A DNA stretch of 64,000 nt from an uncultured Flavobacteriales bacterium (GCA_903825395.1 CAIKAF010000030.1:7553-71552); one strand, 5' to 3'. Counted from the stretch's first letter, positions 17,935 through 28,002 are shown. Program-made: numbers and translations. Notes: generated by a model from the sequence alone, not told the origin.

Positions 17935-19875
17935 TTACGAAATTGAAGGATTGGCCGAGGCTTCTTCCACCGCCTTTTCCCAGTTTTGCATGGCCACATC
18001 CAATTTCTTCCGTAGGCTTTCATATTCAGCGAAAAAAGAGGGCGACAGGGTTTTAAATTCTTCGCTGTCTTGCAGTTTGGCATCCATTACCGCCAATTGT
18101 TCTTCCAGCTTTTGAACCTCTGCCTCTGCCTTTTCTAGGTTCCGCTGAACTTGCTTGGCCTGTTGCTGCTGGTCTTTGCTCATCGCCTTGGGTTCTACCG
18201 CCTGCACCTGAGGCTTTACCGTACTTTCTTTTTTGGCTTTATCCCGCTCCAATTCGGCAAAGGACTCCAGTTGCTTGTTCCTCAAAAATTCATCAATCCC
18301 GCCCAAATGGGTTTTAATTCCCTTCGGCGTAAATTCCAGGGTTTTGTTGGTGAGTCCTTGCAAAAATTCGCGGTCATGGCTCACCACAACCAAGGTTCCG
18401 GGAAAGTGCAACAGGGCTTGCTTCAGCACTTCTTTCGATACGATGTCCAAGTGGTTGGTCGGTTCATCCAGAATCAAAAAATTCAGGGGAGTCAACAGCA
18501 GCTTGGCCATGGACAGCCGAGCCTTTTCTCCGCCCGACAATACTTTTATTTTTTTCTCCACCTCTTCCCCGCTGAACAAGAATGCCCCTAGGATTCCGCG
18601 GATTCGGGTAAAGGCATCGGTTTGTGCGGCGGCATATTCCATTTCTTTCAGCAAGGTATGGTCGCCCTGAAGTCGGTCTGTTTGGTGCTGAGCAAAATAG
18701 CCCAGAGCCACATTGTGCCCCGTTTCCAATTCTCCGCTGTAATCCAAATCGCCGGCAATAATGCGCGACAAGGTGGTTTTGCCCATGCCGTTTTTACCCA
18801 CGAAGGCCACCCGGTCGCCCGATTCAATTTCAAAGGAAAAGGGCGCAATCACGCGCTTGTCGCCGTAAAACTTCGATAAATTTTCAGCTTTGGCCACCAC
18901 CTTTCCGCTGCGGGGCGGCTCAGGGAAGCGAATTTTCATGGCGAAAATCTCATCCTCGTCCACTTCAATCCGTTCGGTTCTATCCAATTTTTTTTGCAGG
19001 GACTGCGCAAAACTGGCTTTGCTGGCCTTGGCTTTGAACCGTTCAATGTTCCGTTCCAATCGAGCAATTTCCCGGTCTTGGTTCTTTTTGGCGTTCATCA
19101 GTTGCTCCCGCCGTTCCTGCCGCAATTCCAAGTATTTGGAATAGGGCGCCTTGTAATCTTCCAGGCGACCGGCCGTAATTTCCAGGGTGCGGTTGGTCAA
19201 GGCATCCAGAAAACGACGGTCGTGGCTAATCATCATAATGGAACCGGGATATCCCTTCAAAAACTCTTCCAGCCAAATAATCGATTCAATGTCTAGGTGG
19301 TTGGTAGGTTCATCGAGCAGCAGCAAGTCAGGCTTGGTTAGCAACAGTTTTGCGAGTTCTACGCGCATTTGCCATCCGCCCGAAAAGTCGGCCATGCGCC
19401 GTTCCATATCTTCGTCCGAAAATCCGAGGCCCTTCAGAACTTTTTCCAGTTTTTCGTCGGTCCGACTTCCTTCCAGCACATCAAAACGCTCTTGGGTGCT
19501 GGTCAAGTCTTCAATCAATTGGGAATAGGCGTCCGATTCGTAATCGGTTCGGGTTTGCAGTTCATGGGTAATCCGGTCCAGTTCAGCAGCAAGGCGTTGC
19601 ACTTCGGCAAAGGCCGTGGCGGTTTCTTCGCGAATGGATTTGGTCGATTTATGGGCAAATTCCTGAGGCAAATAGCCAATTTTGAATTCGCGCGGGCGCG
19701 CTACATCGCCTTCCGAAGGGTTAATCCATCCGGCCAGAATTTTCATCAGGGTCGATTTCCCGGCCCCATTTCGTCCCGCCAGTCCAATCCGGTCGCCCGA
19801 ATTCACCTGAAAATTCAATCCTTCGAACAATACGGTTCCACCGAAATAGACCGCCAGATTTTGAACGCTAACCAT
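17935..19875 (-). CDS. ABC-F family ATPase (two ABC domains, charged linker and C-terminal coiled coil)
   Basis: Two Walker A motifs (GRNGAGKST, GKNGMGKTT), two LSGG signatures (FSGGWQMR, LSGGEKAR), no TM domain. Confidence 0.9.
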   Translation of the reverse strand: MVSVQNLAVYFGGTVLFEGLNFQVNSGDRIGLAGRNGAGKSTLMKILAGWINPSEGDVARPREFKIGYLPQEFAHKSTKSIREETATAFAEVQRLAAELDRITHELQTRTDYESDAYSQLIEDLTSTQERFDVLEGSRTDEKLEKVLKGLGFSDEDMERRMADFSGGWQMRVELAKLLLTKPDLLLLDEPTNHLDIESIIWLEEFLKGYPGSIMMISHDRRFLDALTNRTLEITAGRLEDYKAPYSKYLELRQERREQLMNAKKNQDREIARLERNIERFKAKASKASFAQSLQKKLDRTERIEVDEDEIFAMKIRFPEPPRSGKVVAKAENLSKFYGDKRVIAPFSFEIESGDRVAFVGKNGMGKTTLSRIIAGDLDYSGELETGHNVALGYFAQHQTDRLQGDHTLLKEMEYAAAQTDAFTRIRGILGAFLFSGEEVEKKIKVLSGGEKARLSMAKLLLTPLNFLILDEPTNHLDIVSKEVLKQALLHFPGTLVVVSHDREFLQGLTNKTLEFTPKGIKTHLGGIDEFLRNKQLESFAELERDKAKKESTVKPQVQAVEPKAMSKDQQQQAKQVQRNLEKAEAEVQKLEEQLAVMDAKLQDSEEFKTLSPSFFAEYESLRKKLDVAMQNWEKAVEEASANPSIS

Positions 19876-19879
19876 GCGG

Positions 19880-19887
19880 CAAAGGTA
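19880..19887 (-). promoter_or_regulatory. -7 box TACCTTTG, 4 nt upstream of ABC-F ATG
   Basis: Minus strand reads TACCTTTG-ccgc-ATG. Confidence 0.45.
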
Positions 19888-19888
19888 G

Positions 19889-20085
19889 AAAAAGGGCGGC
19901 TGAACGCGGACAGTTTTCCCATAGAATTAACGATGTTGGGCGGCAGCCGGGCTTTCCGGGCAAGTCCGCGGCTACCGGGCGGGCTGCCAGCGGGCTGTGG
20001 TGGCTCCTCACGTCGCCTCCTCGCCGCGCGGCAGCGGCCGCCGGTAGCCTTGCGGGCATGCCTCGTCAATCCCTGCCGCGGGCCA
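19889..20085 (+). repeat. Family-A element, copy A3 (subfamily II) with an extra partial terminus
   Basis: aaaaagggcggctgaac..ttgggcggcagccgggctttccggg..ggctaccgg...tggctcctcacgtcgcctcc...ccggtagccttgcggg..cctcgtcaatccctgccgc. Confidence 0.85.
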
Positions 20086-20490
20086 ACCAAGGCTATTAAC
20101 TTTCAAAACAAATAAAAGTGCTCGCCACCGTGTTCTTTGGCAAATGGTCACCAAATCAAGACAACCCTACAATGAGCCCCCGTTTGCGCTGGCTTTCCTG
20201 AATTGCCCTCAACCCCTGCGCTTTGCCTAAAGGGGTCGGCCAATCCGCTAGGCTGTTGGAATTTGAATACACCAAATAGAATATCTGTTTTTTCAGCCGT
20301 CCTGAATTTGGTTTGTTTTTCTTAAAAATTCCAGCCTTCCTTTTACCACAAATAAAACCAATTTACACTGTTAGATATTTAGAAAACAGTTAAATGCCTA
20401 TTGGGGATAACACTGTAAAATTGAATGTTAAAATCGAAATCTTGTTGGTAAATCGGAAGCGATTTTTTTTAGTTTTGAAAAAAAACAAGC

Positions 20491-22053
20491 ATGAAATCAA
20501 CCTTTTTTGTTGTTCTATTTTTAAGCCTAACTGTTCGCTTTTTCGCCCAATGTACTCCGCCAGCAGGTTCGGTGGCTGCCACATCCAATACCATTTATTA
20601 TGCCGGCGGCAGTTGTACTTTCTATGACTCCTTATGCAACGTATTGACCAATATCCCTTCAGGCGAAGCCGTTTGGTCATGTTCGCCTGCAAAAACAAAA
20701 TGGGTATTGGTGAATCCTGTTTCTGGCGGATACTATGAATTCCCTAATTATACAGGAACTCCACCTCAGGTAGATTTCAGAAAGTACATGTTGCCCTTTT
20801 GGAAAGCCGACACCATATTTAATGAGTTGATTCTTTTATCGGGAGCTGGCAGTTCGGGCAAATTGATGTTTGAACCTCAGCAATTGCTTTCAGTGAAAGA
20901 CTACAATTATCAAAACTCATACAATGTAGGATCTGATTTTAGCTTAAATGGGCGGACCCTAACTCAAATTGCTCCTGCTATGTCGGCAGGTTATTCCACC
21001 ACCGTTGGTTCGGGTTTGCAAAATGTTCAACATAGTTCCTGGATTAATGTTTCTTACATACCCAATCAAAGCAATTGGGGGGGAGATAGCCTGACACGAT
21101 TTCGAGGAAATCATCTGCCAAACACCATTTCAAAATTGAATTCCCAACAATCCATAACAGTTCAGGCATTGGGAATGAGCATAACCGCAGGCCTAAATGT
21201 TAGCGGATTCGCCGGAGATCCCAACAATTTTACCCCAAACACGCCCTACATGAAAAGCTATGTGGAAATGTTTGCCGAACAGATAAGACAAGAATATGGG
21301 ATAGGCGTTCAATTATTTAATAGCTCATGTGGAGGCAAAACTGCCAAATGGGGCGATGATTACTGCACCCCTCTCGTAAATCCAAATCAACCGGATTTAG
21401 TTTTAATTGATTTTGGCATGAACGATATTTGGGGCAATACCAGTGCAAATCAATTCCGGACCTACATTCAATCTATAATGGCAAAAATACGGCAAGGGAA
21501 TCCGAATGTTGAATTTATTTTGGTGGCGAATATGCTTCCAGACGTTTCAGGAATGGGTTCTCCTTCCAATGGTGATGTTTTAATGAAAGGATTCGAACAG
21601 GAATTGCTGGGGCTTGAAACGTTGGGTGTGGTATGCTTTAATATGACCCAACTTAGCGACAGTATTTACCAGCGAAAAGGAGCCAAACATTGCAATGCCA
21701 ACGCTTTGCACCCCAACGATTACCTTGCACGATGGTATGCCCAGGGCTTGTTTGAGTTAATCCGACCTCAACCCAATACCTCAATTCATGAAACCGGAAT
21801 AATTCCAACCGTCAAGGCTACCAGCTACCCAAACCCATCCGCCGGGCCGGTGTTGGTTGAATGGCAAGGATTTTCTACCAATTCTCCAGCCATAGTACGC
21901 TGCCTCGATGTTAAAGGCAACGTTCTATATCAAGCAGAACACTCAGGAAATCAGGCACTTTTGAATGCAACAGTATTTAATACAGGAGTGGTTTTTATTT
22001 TAGTTGAACAAGGCAATATGCGGGCTGCTGTTCGCCATACCGTGCTTCATTAA
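20491..22053 (+). CDS. SGNH/GDSL-type hydrolase with T9SS C-terminal sorting domain
   Basis: Signal peptide, LVLIDFGMNDIW block, C-terminal SYPNPSAGPVLVEW...VFILVEQGN tail typical of Por secretion tails. Confidence 0.65.
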   Translation: MKSTFFVVLFLSLTVRFFAQCTPPAGSVAATSNTIYYAGGSCTFYDSLCNVLTNIPSGEAVWSCSPAKTKWVLVNPVSGGYYEFPNYTGTPPQVDFRKYMLPFWKADTIFNELILLSGAGSSGKLMFEPQQLLSVKDYNYQNSYNVGSDFSLNGRTLTQIAPAMSAGYSTTVGSGLQNVQHSSWINVSYIPNQSNWGGDSLTRFRGNHLPNTISKLNSQQSITVQALGMSITAGLNVSGFAGDPNNFTPNTPYMKSYVEMFAEQIRQEYGIGVQLFNSSCGGKTAKWGDDYCTPLVNPNQPDLVLIDFGMNDIWGNTSANQFRTYIQSIMAKIRQGNPNVEFILVANMLPDVSGMGSPSNGDVLMKGFEQELLGLETLGVVCFNMTQLSDSIYQRKGAKHCNANALHPNDYLARWYAQGLFELIRPQPNTSIHETGIIPTVKATSYPNPSAGPVLVEWQGFSTNSPAIVRCLDVKGNVLYQAEHSGNQALLNATVFNTGVVFILVEQGNMRAAVRHTVLH

Positions 22054-23993
22054 TGCTTGGCCAAATGAACCAATTCCGCCTTTTTATATTTCTGATTGCC
22101 TTTCTGGCAACGCAATCTTTACAGGCCACCCGTTACTTTGTTTGCAGTTATGGCAATAATACTGACGGCCTTTCCCCTGCCACTGGCTGGACTCAGCTTT
22201 CTCAGGTGAATTCCAGAACGTTTCTGCCTGGTGACACGCTTTTTTTTGAAGGAGGTAAAACATTTACCGGCCATCTGGAATTCGATGCTGCCGATGGCAA
22301 TAATCCGGCTATTCCTTTTGTATTAACCAATTTTGGTGCAGGAAGGTCCACCATTAATACAACCCAAATAACAAATTGTGGCTTTAAGGCGACCAACACT
22401 TCTGGAATTTATATTGAGAACCTAAATTTTATTGGTCCAGGAAACGGGAATCCCAGCAGCTCTGATGGTATTTTGTTTTTTACCAATCTCCCCACGGGTT
22501 ACCTCCAAAACATTAGAATTAGAAATGCTACCGTTAGCGGCTTTGGTCTTTGTGGAATTCGCTTTTATTCCAACTATCAACAAGGCATTCAAGCCGGATT
22601 TAAAGATGTTTGGATAGATTCCTGCGAGGTAAAGAATTGCAGAGAAAATGGCATCGTATCCCTGGCCTATGACGATCAGCAAACCACCACATATCAACAT
22701 TTCAACTTCAAAATCACCAATTCCGTGATTCATCATATTACGGGTTATGCGGCAAACAACCACAAAGGAAGCGGTATTGTGTTGTCACAGGTAGATTCGG
22801 CATTAATCGAACGCTGTGAGGCTTACGAAAACGGAACACTCAATACAGCCTGCGGTGGGCCGGGAGGAATATGGGTGTTTGCAGCCAACAGGGTTACCAT
22901 CCAATACTGCGAAAGCCACCACAACTCGGCAGGTTCAGGTTGCGATGGACTTGGATTTGACTTGGATGGCGGAGTTACCAACTCGAAAATTCAATATTGC
23001 TATTCGCACGACAACGATGGCGCCGGTATTTTATTAGGTAATTTTTGGGGTGCCCGCCCCTGGGGTAATAATGTGGTTCGCTACAACATTAGTGTTCGCG
23101 ATGCCAAAACAAACAACAGTCCTGTAACCCTGTTCACCGCCCCCAACACCCAATGGAATCGATTGGATTTTTACCATAATACCATTGTGGCATATACCTC
23201 GCCCAATAATACCTACCCTTCGTTCAGTGCCTTTCAAATGACAGATTACGGAGACCAAATGAATGGAGTGAATTGCTTCAACAATATTTTTCAAACCTTT
23301 GGCGGATTACCCTACATTCATATCCCTACCACATTTATGGCTGGCCAGCCCCATTTTGCAAACAATTTATATTGGGCATCCGGCGCTTCTGGCATTTTTT
23401 ATTACGGTGCAAACGTAAGTGGCCTGAACGCGTTCAGAGCCCTTGGACCCAATTGCGAATCATGGAACGGTAATCCATCCGGCCAAGAAGCAGACCCACA
23501 ACTAACCAATGTTTTGGCTGCAGCTCCTACCATTTATCCTGCTGCACTGAACTCATTATCTTCGTTCAAATTGCCAATTGGATCGCCGGCCATTGATGCT
23601 GCCCCAAATTTACAGTCCTTTTTAGGGGCTTCAACAGGAGGTGTGGATTTCTTTGGGAACACAACACCCTTCAACGGAATCGCCGATGCCGGCGCACATG
23701 AATATTCCATTCCAGCCAATGATTTTGCTTCCTACTCTAAGGCTATGCCATTAAATCCAAGTCCCAATCCCGCAACGGAAAGCATACGCATTGATTTATC
23801 AAACTGGATTTCTAGACCGTTGAAATTTAGTTTGTTTGACCAGACTGGCAGAAAGGTTACGGAAATAGACTACACCGATTCGAATCCGATTTTTGAATGT
23901 TCGTTGAATGGAATACCGTCCGGCTTTTATACCCTATGCATAAAAGGCAAGAATCAGGAACGCTACGGAAACCTCATTGTTCAGCCAAAATAA
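22053..23993 (+). CDS. Right-handed parallel beta-helix protein with T9SS C-terminal sorting domain
   Basis: TAATG junction with the upstream gene. Repeated N.x(I/V).(N/H)C / GIxL turns. C-terminal NPSPNPATESIRIDL...GFYTLCIKG tail. Confidence 0.65.
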   Translation: MLGQMNQFRLFIFLIAFLATQSLQATRYFVCSYGNNTDGLSPATGWTQLSQVNSRTFLPGDTLFFEGGKTFTGHLEFDAADGNNPAIPFVLTNFGAGRSTINTTQITNCGFKATNTSGIYIENLNFIGPGNGNPSSSDGILFFTNLPTGYLQNIRIRNATVSGFGLCGIRFYSNYQQGIQAGFKDVWIDSCEVKNCRENGIVSLAYDDQQTTTYQHFNFKITNSVIHHITGYAANNHKGSGIVLSQVDSALIERCEAYENGTLNTACGGPGGIWVFAANRVTIQYCESHHNSAGSGCDGLGFDLDGGVTNSKIQYCYSHDNDGAGILLGNFWGARPWGNNVVRYNISVRDAKTNNSPVTLFTAPNTQWNRLDFYHNTIVAYTSPNNTYPSFSAFQMTDYGDQMNGVNCFNNIFQTFGGLPYIHIPTTFMAGQPHFANNLYWASGASGIFYYGANVSGLNAFRALGPNCESWNGNPSGQEADPQLTNVLAAAPTIYPAALNSLSSFKLPIGSPAIDAAPNLQSFLGASTGGVDFFGNTTPFNGIADAGAHEYSIPANDFASYSKAMPLNPSPNPATESIRIDLSNWISRPLKFSLFDQTGRKVTEIDYTDSNPIFECSLNGIPSGFYTLCIKGKNQERYGNLIVQPK

Positions 23994-24134
23994 ATCGAGA
24001 TTAAGGTTCGTCTTGGGGCTCCCAAATTCAACGTGCCTAAGAAACCCCCTTAAACACCAACAGAACGATCCGCTTCCCCAGCGACATTTGTCACCAAGTG
24101 AACCTCTCCACAACTCCATCCAAGGTAGATTGCC

Positions 24135-24142
24135 TACCTTTG
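24135..24142 (+). promoter_or_regulatory. -7 box TACCTTTG upstream of pruA
   Basis: TAnnTTTG match 15 nt before ATG 24158. Confidence 0.4.
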
Positions 24143-24157
24143 TGAAAATTTGTTCTC

Positions 24158-25789
24158 ATGTCTCTAGGATTCTCTCGGGTGCTGCCCGCTTACAACGAAC
24201 CGGTTCTAAATTATGCTCCCGGCTCTGCCGAACGCAATGAACTGAAAAAAACCCTGGCCGAAATGCGCAACCAACAGGTTGATGTTCCCATGTACATCGG
24301 CGGAAAAGAAGTGCGCAGCAACGATACCTATCCGCTAAATCCCCCGCACGACCACCAACACGTATTGGGACATTACCATAAAGGTACCGCCCAGCATGTA
24401 GGCGAGGCCATCCAAGCCGCTCTCTCGGCCCGTGCCCGTTGGTCCAATATGCCTTGGGAAGACCGCGCCGCCATTTTTCTAAAGGCCGCCGATTTATTGG
24501 CCGGTCCCTGGCGCGCCCGCATGAATGCGGCTACCATGTTGGGGCAATCGAAAAACGCTTACCAGGCCGAAATTGACAGCGCCTGCGAATTGATCGATTT
24601 CTGGCGCTTTAATGTTTCGTACATGCAAGAAATCTATGCCCAGCAACCCAACAGCTCGAAAGGCGTGTGGAATCGGTTGGAACAGCGGCCCCTAGAAGGA
24701 TTTGTGTTTGCGCTGACGCCCTTTAACTTCACCGCCATTGCCGGGAATCTACCCACCGCTCCCGCTATGATGGGCAATGTGGCCGTATGGAAACCCGCCA
24801 ATTCTCAAATTTATTCGGCCAACATCATCATGCAAATCTTGCAGGAAGCAGGGCTTCCCGATGGAGTCATCAACCTAGTGTATGCCGATGGTCCGGTGGT
24901 GGGCGATGTGGTTTTCGGTCATCCCGATTTTGCAGGGATCCACTTTACCGGAAGCACCGGCACCTTCCAGCACATTTGGAAAACCATTGGTCAAAACATC
25001 CAATTGTACCGCTCGTATCCCCGCATTGTGGGCGAAACCGGAGGCAAAGATTTTGTGGTGGCTCACCCCAGCGCCCCGGTTCAGCAACTGGTGGCAGCAC
25101 TCTCCCGCGGCGCCTTTGAATTCCAAGGACAAAAATGTTCGGCCGCCAGCCGGGCCTACATACCCCAAAGCATTTGGCCTCAGGTAAAAGCAGGCCTATT
25201 GGCCGACATTTCTAGCTTTAGCATGGGTGGAACCGAAGAGTTTAGCCATTTTGTCAATGCCGTTATTGATGAAAAAGCCTACAACAGCATCACCGCATAC
25301 ATTGAGAAAGCCCGCAACTATCCCGGAAATGAAATTTTGATTGGCGGCGGCTACGACAAGAGCAAAGGGTATTTTGTTCAGCCCACCGTGGTGTTGACCA
25401 AAGACCCCAAGAGCATCACCATGGAGGAAGAAATTTTTGGCCCGGTGCTCACCATTTATGTGTACGAAGACGCCGATTTGGATGCTACGCTAGACCTAGT
25501 GAACAGCACTTCGCCCTATGCCTTGACCGGTGCCATTTTTGCGCGCGACCGCTACGCCGTTCAATACATGACCGAAAAGTTGAGGGATGCTGCCGGCAAC
25601 TTTTACATCAACGACAAGCCCACGGGAGCGGTTGTAGGTCAGCAGCCTTTTGGCGGCGCCAGAGCTTCGGGCACCAACGACAAAGCGGGCTCGATGATTA
25701 ATCTTCTGCGCTGGGTGAGCCCCAGAACGATCAAGGAAACCTTTGTCGCGCCTACCGATTACCGGTATCCTTTTTTGGATAAGGAATGA
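24158..25789 (+). CDS. pruA: L-glutamate gamma-semialdehyde (1-pyrroline-5-carboxylate) dehydrogenase
   Basis: 543-aa aldehyde dehydrogenase with ETGGKDF and FEFQGQKCSAASR catalytic blocks and the N-terminus typical of PruA. Confidence 0.88.
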   Translation: MSLGFSRVLPAYNEPVLNYAPGSAERNELKKTLAEMRNQQVDVPMYIGGKEVRSNDTYPLNPPHDHQHVLGHYHKGTAQHVGEAIQAALSARARWSNMPWEDRAAIFLKAADLLAGPWRARMNAATMLGQSKNAYQAEIDSACELIDFWRFNVSYMQEIYAQQPNSSKGVWNRLEQRPLEGFVFALTPFNFTAIAGNLPTAPAMMGNVAVWKPANSQIYSANIIMQILQEAGLPDGVINLVYADGPVVGDVVFGHPDFAGIHFTGSTGTFQHIWKTIGQNIQLYRSYPRIVGETGGKDFVVAHPSAPVQQLVAALSRGAFEFQGQKCSAASRAYIPQSIWPQVKAGLLADISSFSMGGTEEFSHFVNAVIDEKAYNSITAYIEKARNYPGNEILIGGGYDKSKGYFVQPTVVLTKDPKSITMEEEIFGPVLTIYVYEDADLDATLDLVNSTSPYALTGAIFARDRYAVQYMTEKLRDAAGNFYINDKPTGAVVGQQPFGGARASGTNDKAGSMINLLRWVSPRTIKETFVAPTDYRYPFLDKE

Positions 25790-26142
25790 TGTTTACGCTA
25801 CAATAATGTCAGCCCTGCGGGGTTTGGATGTCTTGAGCTCCAATACCTACTACAATAATTTCACCCCTACGGGGTTGGGTTGTTGTGCATTCCAATGCCT
25901 TCTACAATAATGTCACCACTACGGAGTTTGGATGTCCTGAACGCCAATTATTTCATGGGGGGGGGCTTATAGCTAGATATCGCCCTCTGTGCACTTTACG
26001 CCGACTTAGAGGTCTTTGCGGTAAAAACATCAAGACCTGACTGCCATTTTTTAACACAAGGCCCGCTAAGGGAGACGCAATGTTCGCAAAGGATTATCAC
26101 GCAGCTAACTTGTCCATTTTAGTACAACAAACGCCGCTTTAA
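25790..26142 (+). repeat. Family-B composite repeat: 3 x 52-bp units (25798-25953), Y/X' blocks and Z block
   Basis: ctacaataat(g/t)tca.cc..cgg.gtt units start at 25798, 25850 and 25902. These are followed by gggggcttatagctagatatcgccctctgtgcacttt..ctttgcggtaaaaac, ctgccattttttaacacaagg...gcaatgttcgcaaagg and aacttgtccattttagtacaacaaacgccgc. Confidence 0.85.
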
Positions 26143-26271
26143 ATGGAAAACAAAATATTGATAATTGGCAATTTAAAAAACAATCAAAAAAGGTGGACAA
26201 GTCAGGAAAAATCGGGTTTTGGCAATTTACAATGCAATTGGAAAGTGGGCAATATCATTCTAAACAAAAAC

Positions 26272-26302
26272 GCCATCGGTCTTTCGACGGATGGCTTTTT
26301 TT
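26272..26302 (+). terminator. Orphan rho-independent terminator
   Basis: gccatcggtc-tttc-gacggatggc (10-bp stem, 1 mismatch) followed by ttttttt. No annotated + strand gene within 480 bp upstream. Confidence 0.6.
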
Positions 26303-26456
26303 GATCCCCAAACTAGTCTATTCGCGAACCAATTTTGGGATGAGTTGAGGGTTTACACAGCTTTGGTATAAATGCAGCTTAATTCATTGTGGTAAAAGTT
26401 CGTATGTATTAAGAACAACATCGTTTTGTTTTGATTAGGGAATGCAGCAAAAGGCT

Positions 26457-26505
26457 TTTATAATTCGCCAAAACTGATTTTATTTTGTAATTTTGGCGAG
26501 TTATA
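26457..26505 (+). repeat. 19-bp direct repeat copy 1 (tttataattcgccaaaact) forming the left arm of a hairpin upstream of the ATPase gene
   Basis: tataattcgccaaaa (26459-26473) pairs with ttttggcgagttata (26491-26505), 1 mismatch, 17-nt loop. Confidence 0.8.
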
Positions 26506-26515
26506 AGTTGTTATT

Positions 26516-27931
26516 ATGAGTAAAATTATTGGAAGAAAGTTGGAGCAGGCTCTGCTGAAAGAAGCCATTGACAATGACAAGTCTGAATTAATTGCCCTAT
26601 ACGGACGAAGAAGAATTGGCAAAACATATCTGATACGTGAATACTTTAAGACTAAGCTTGTTTTTGAAATGTCAGGATTGTTTGGTGGCTCACTAAAAGA
26701 CCAGCTCGAAACTTTTAGTAAGGAGCTCGTCAAAAGAACAAAGCGAACGGAATTGGAAACTGCGAAATCATGGTTTCAAGCGTTTTCGATGCTTGAATCG
26801 TATTTGGATAAATTTAAGTCAGGAAGTAAGAAAGTAATATTTATCGATGAATTTCCTTGGATAGCTACTCCCAAATCGAAGTTTTTAATGGCTTTTGAAA
26901 ACTTTTGGAATACCTATTGCACCAAAAGGAATGATTTGATTGTGGTTATTTGTGGCTCAGCTGCTTCCTATATGGTTCAGAAAATTATAAAAAACAAAGG
27001 CGGACTGCATAATAGAATCACGAGAAAAATACGTTTGCTTCCATTTAATCTATATGAAACGGAAGGGTTTTTGTTAAAGAATGGTATAAAATTCACTCGT
27101 TATGACGTGATACAGATTTATATGACTTTAGGTGGGGTGCCGCACTATTTAGAAAAACTGAGTAAAGGGTTGAGTGCATCGCAAAATATTGATAAATTAT
27201 GTTTTAGTAAAGATGGTGTATTAAACGATGAATTTAACCAGTTGTTTGCTTCGCTATTTGACGAGTCTGAACGGCACATGAAAATTATAAAAACCTTGGC
27301 AAAATCAAATAAAGGACTCACGAGAAATGAATTAATAAATCAATGTAAACTGTCGTCTAGTGGTGATTTTTCTTCAAAACTTGAAGAGTTAATTGAATCT
27401 GGCTTTGTAACGGATTATCCATACTATCAGAATAAGAAACAGCTTACTCTTTATCGCTTATCCGATGAATATGCTAAATTTTACCTAAAGTTTATTGACA
27501 ATAATAAGAATGGTGGAGATGGGACTTGGCAAAAACTATATACTACACAATCCTATCTCTCATGGTCTGGGTTTGCTTTTGAAACGATTTGCCTTAAACA
27601 TATTCAACAAATCAAGAAGGCGTTGCGAATAGATGCTATTTATACAACGAGCAGCAGTTGGTTTAATGAAAATGCCCAAATCGATATGTTGATTGACCGT
27701 AGCGATAATGTTATGCAATTGTGTGAAATGAAGTTTTATAATACTGTTTTTACAATTGATAAATCATATTATCTGAATCTGAAAAATAAAATCGCAGCGC
27801 TACAACAAGATACCAAAACCCGAAAAAATATTTTTGTGACGCTGATTACTTCTTCTGGAATCAAGGAAAACGAATACAGCAAAGAACTAGTTCATAGTCA
27901 TTTAGGAATGGATGTTCTGTTTGTTGATTAG
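26516..27931 (+). CDS. AAA+ ATPase of the Arch_ATPase (PF01637)/DUF234 type
   Basis: Walker A GRRRIGKTYL, Walker B VIFIDEFPW, and a C-terminal region with the pattern expected for DUF234. The gene is AT-rich. Confidence 0.75.
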   Translation: MSKIIGRKLEQALLKEAIDNDKSELIALYGRRRIGKTYLIREYFKTKLVFEMSGLFGGSLKDQLETFSKELVKRTKRTELETAKSWFQAFSMLESYLDKFKSGSKKVIFIDEFPWIATPKSKFLMAFENFWNTYCTKRNDLIVVICGSAASYMVQKIIKNKGGLHNRITRKIRLLPFNLYETEGFLLKNGIKFTRYDVIQIYMTLGGVPHYLEKLSKGLSASQNIDKLCFSKDGVLNDEFNQLFASLFDESERHMKIIKTLAKSNKGLTRNELINQCKLSSSGDFSSKLEELIESGFVTDYPYYQNKKQLTLYRLSDEYAKFYLKFIDNNKNGGDGTWQKLYTTQSYLSWSGFAFETICLKHIQQIKKALRIDAIYTTSSSWFNENAQIDMLIDRSDNVMQLCEMKFYNTVFTIDKSYYLNLKNKIAALQQDTKTRKNIFVTLITSSGIKENEYSKELVHSHLGMDVLFVD

Positions 27932-27933
27932 TG

Positions 27934-27979
27934 TTTATAATTCGCCAAAACTCATCGATTTGGCTTCTTTTGGCGGAAC
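27934..27979 (+). repeat. 19-bp direct repeat copy 2 plus partner arm, immediately after the ATPase stop
   Basis: tttataattcgccaaaact at 27934-27952 is identical to 26457-26475. ttcgccaaaa pairs with ttttggcggaa. Confidence 0.8.
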
Positions 27980-28002
27980 ATGAAATTGCTAAAAGCATGT
28001 AA

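Noticed and set aside
19369-20115. 248-aa plus-strand ORF
   Set aside because: It is antisense to the well-supported ABC-F gene and runs into repeat A3. It has no recognisable motifs.
26458-26733. 91-aa minus-strand ORF
   Set aside because: It is antisense to the 5' end of the ATPase gene and overlaps its upstream hairpin. It has no supporting features.
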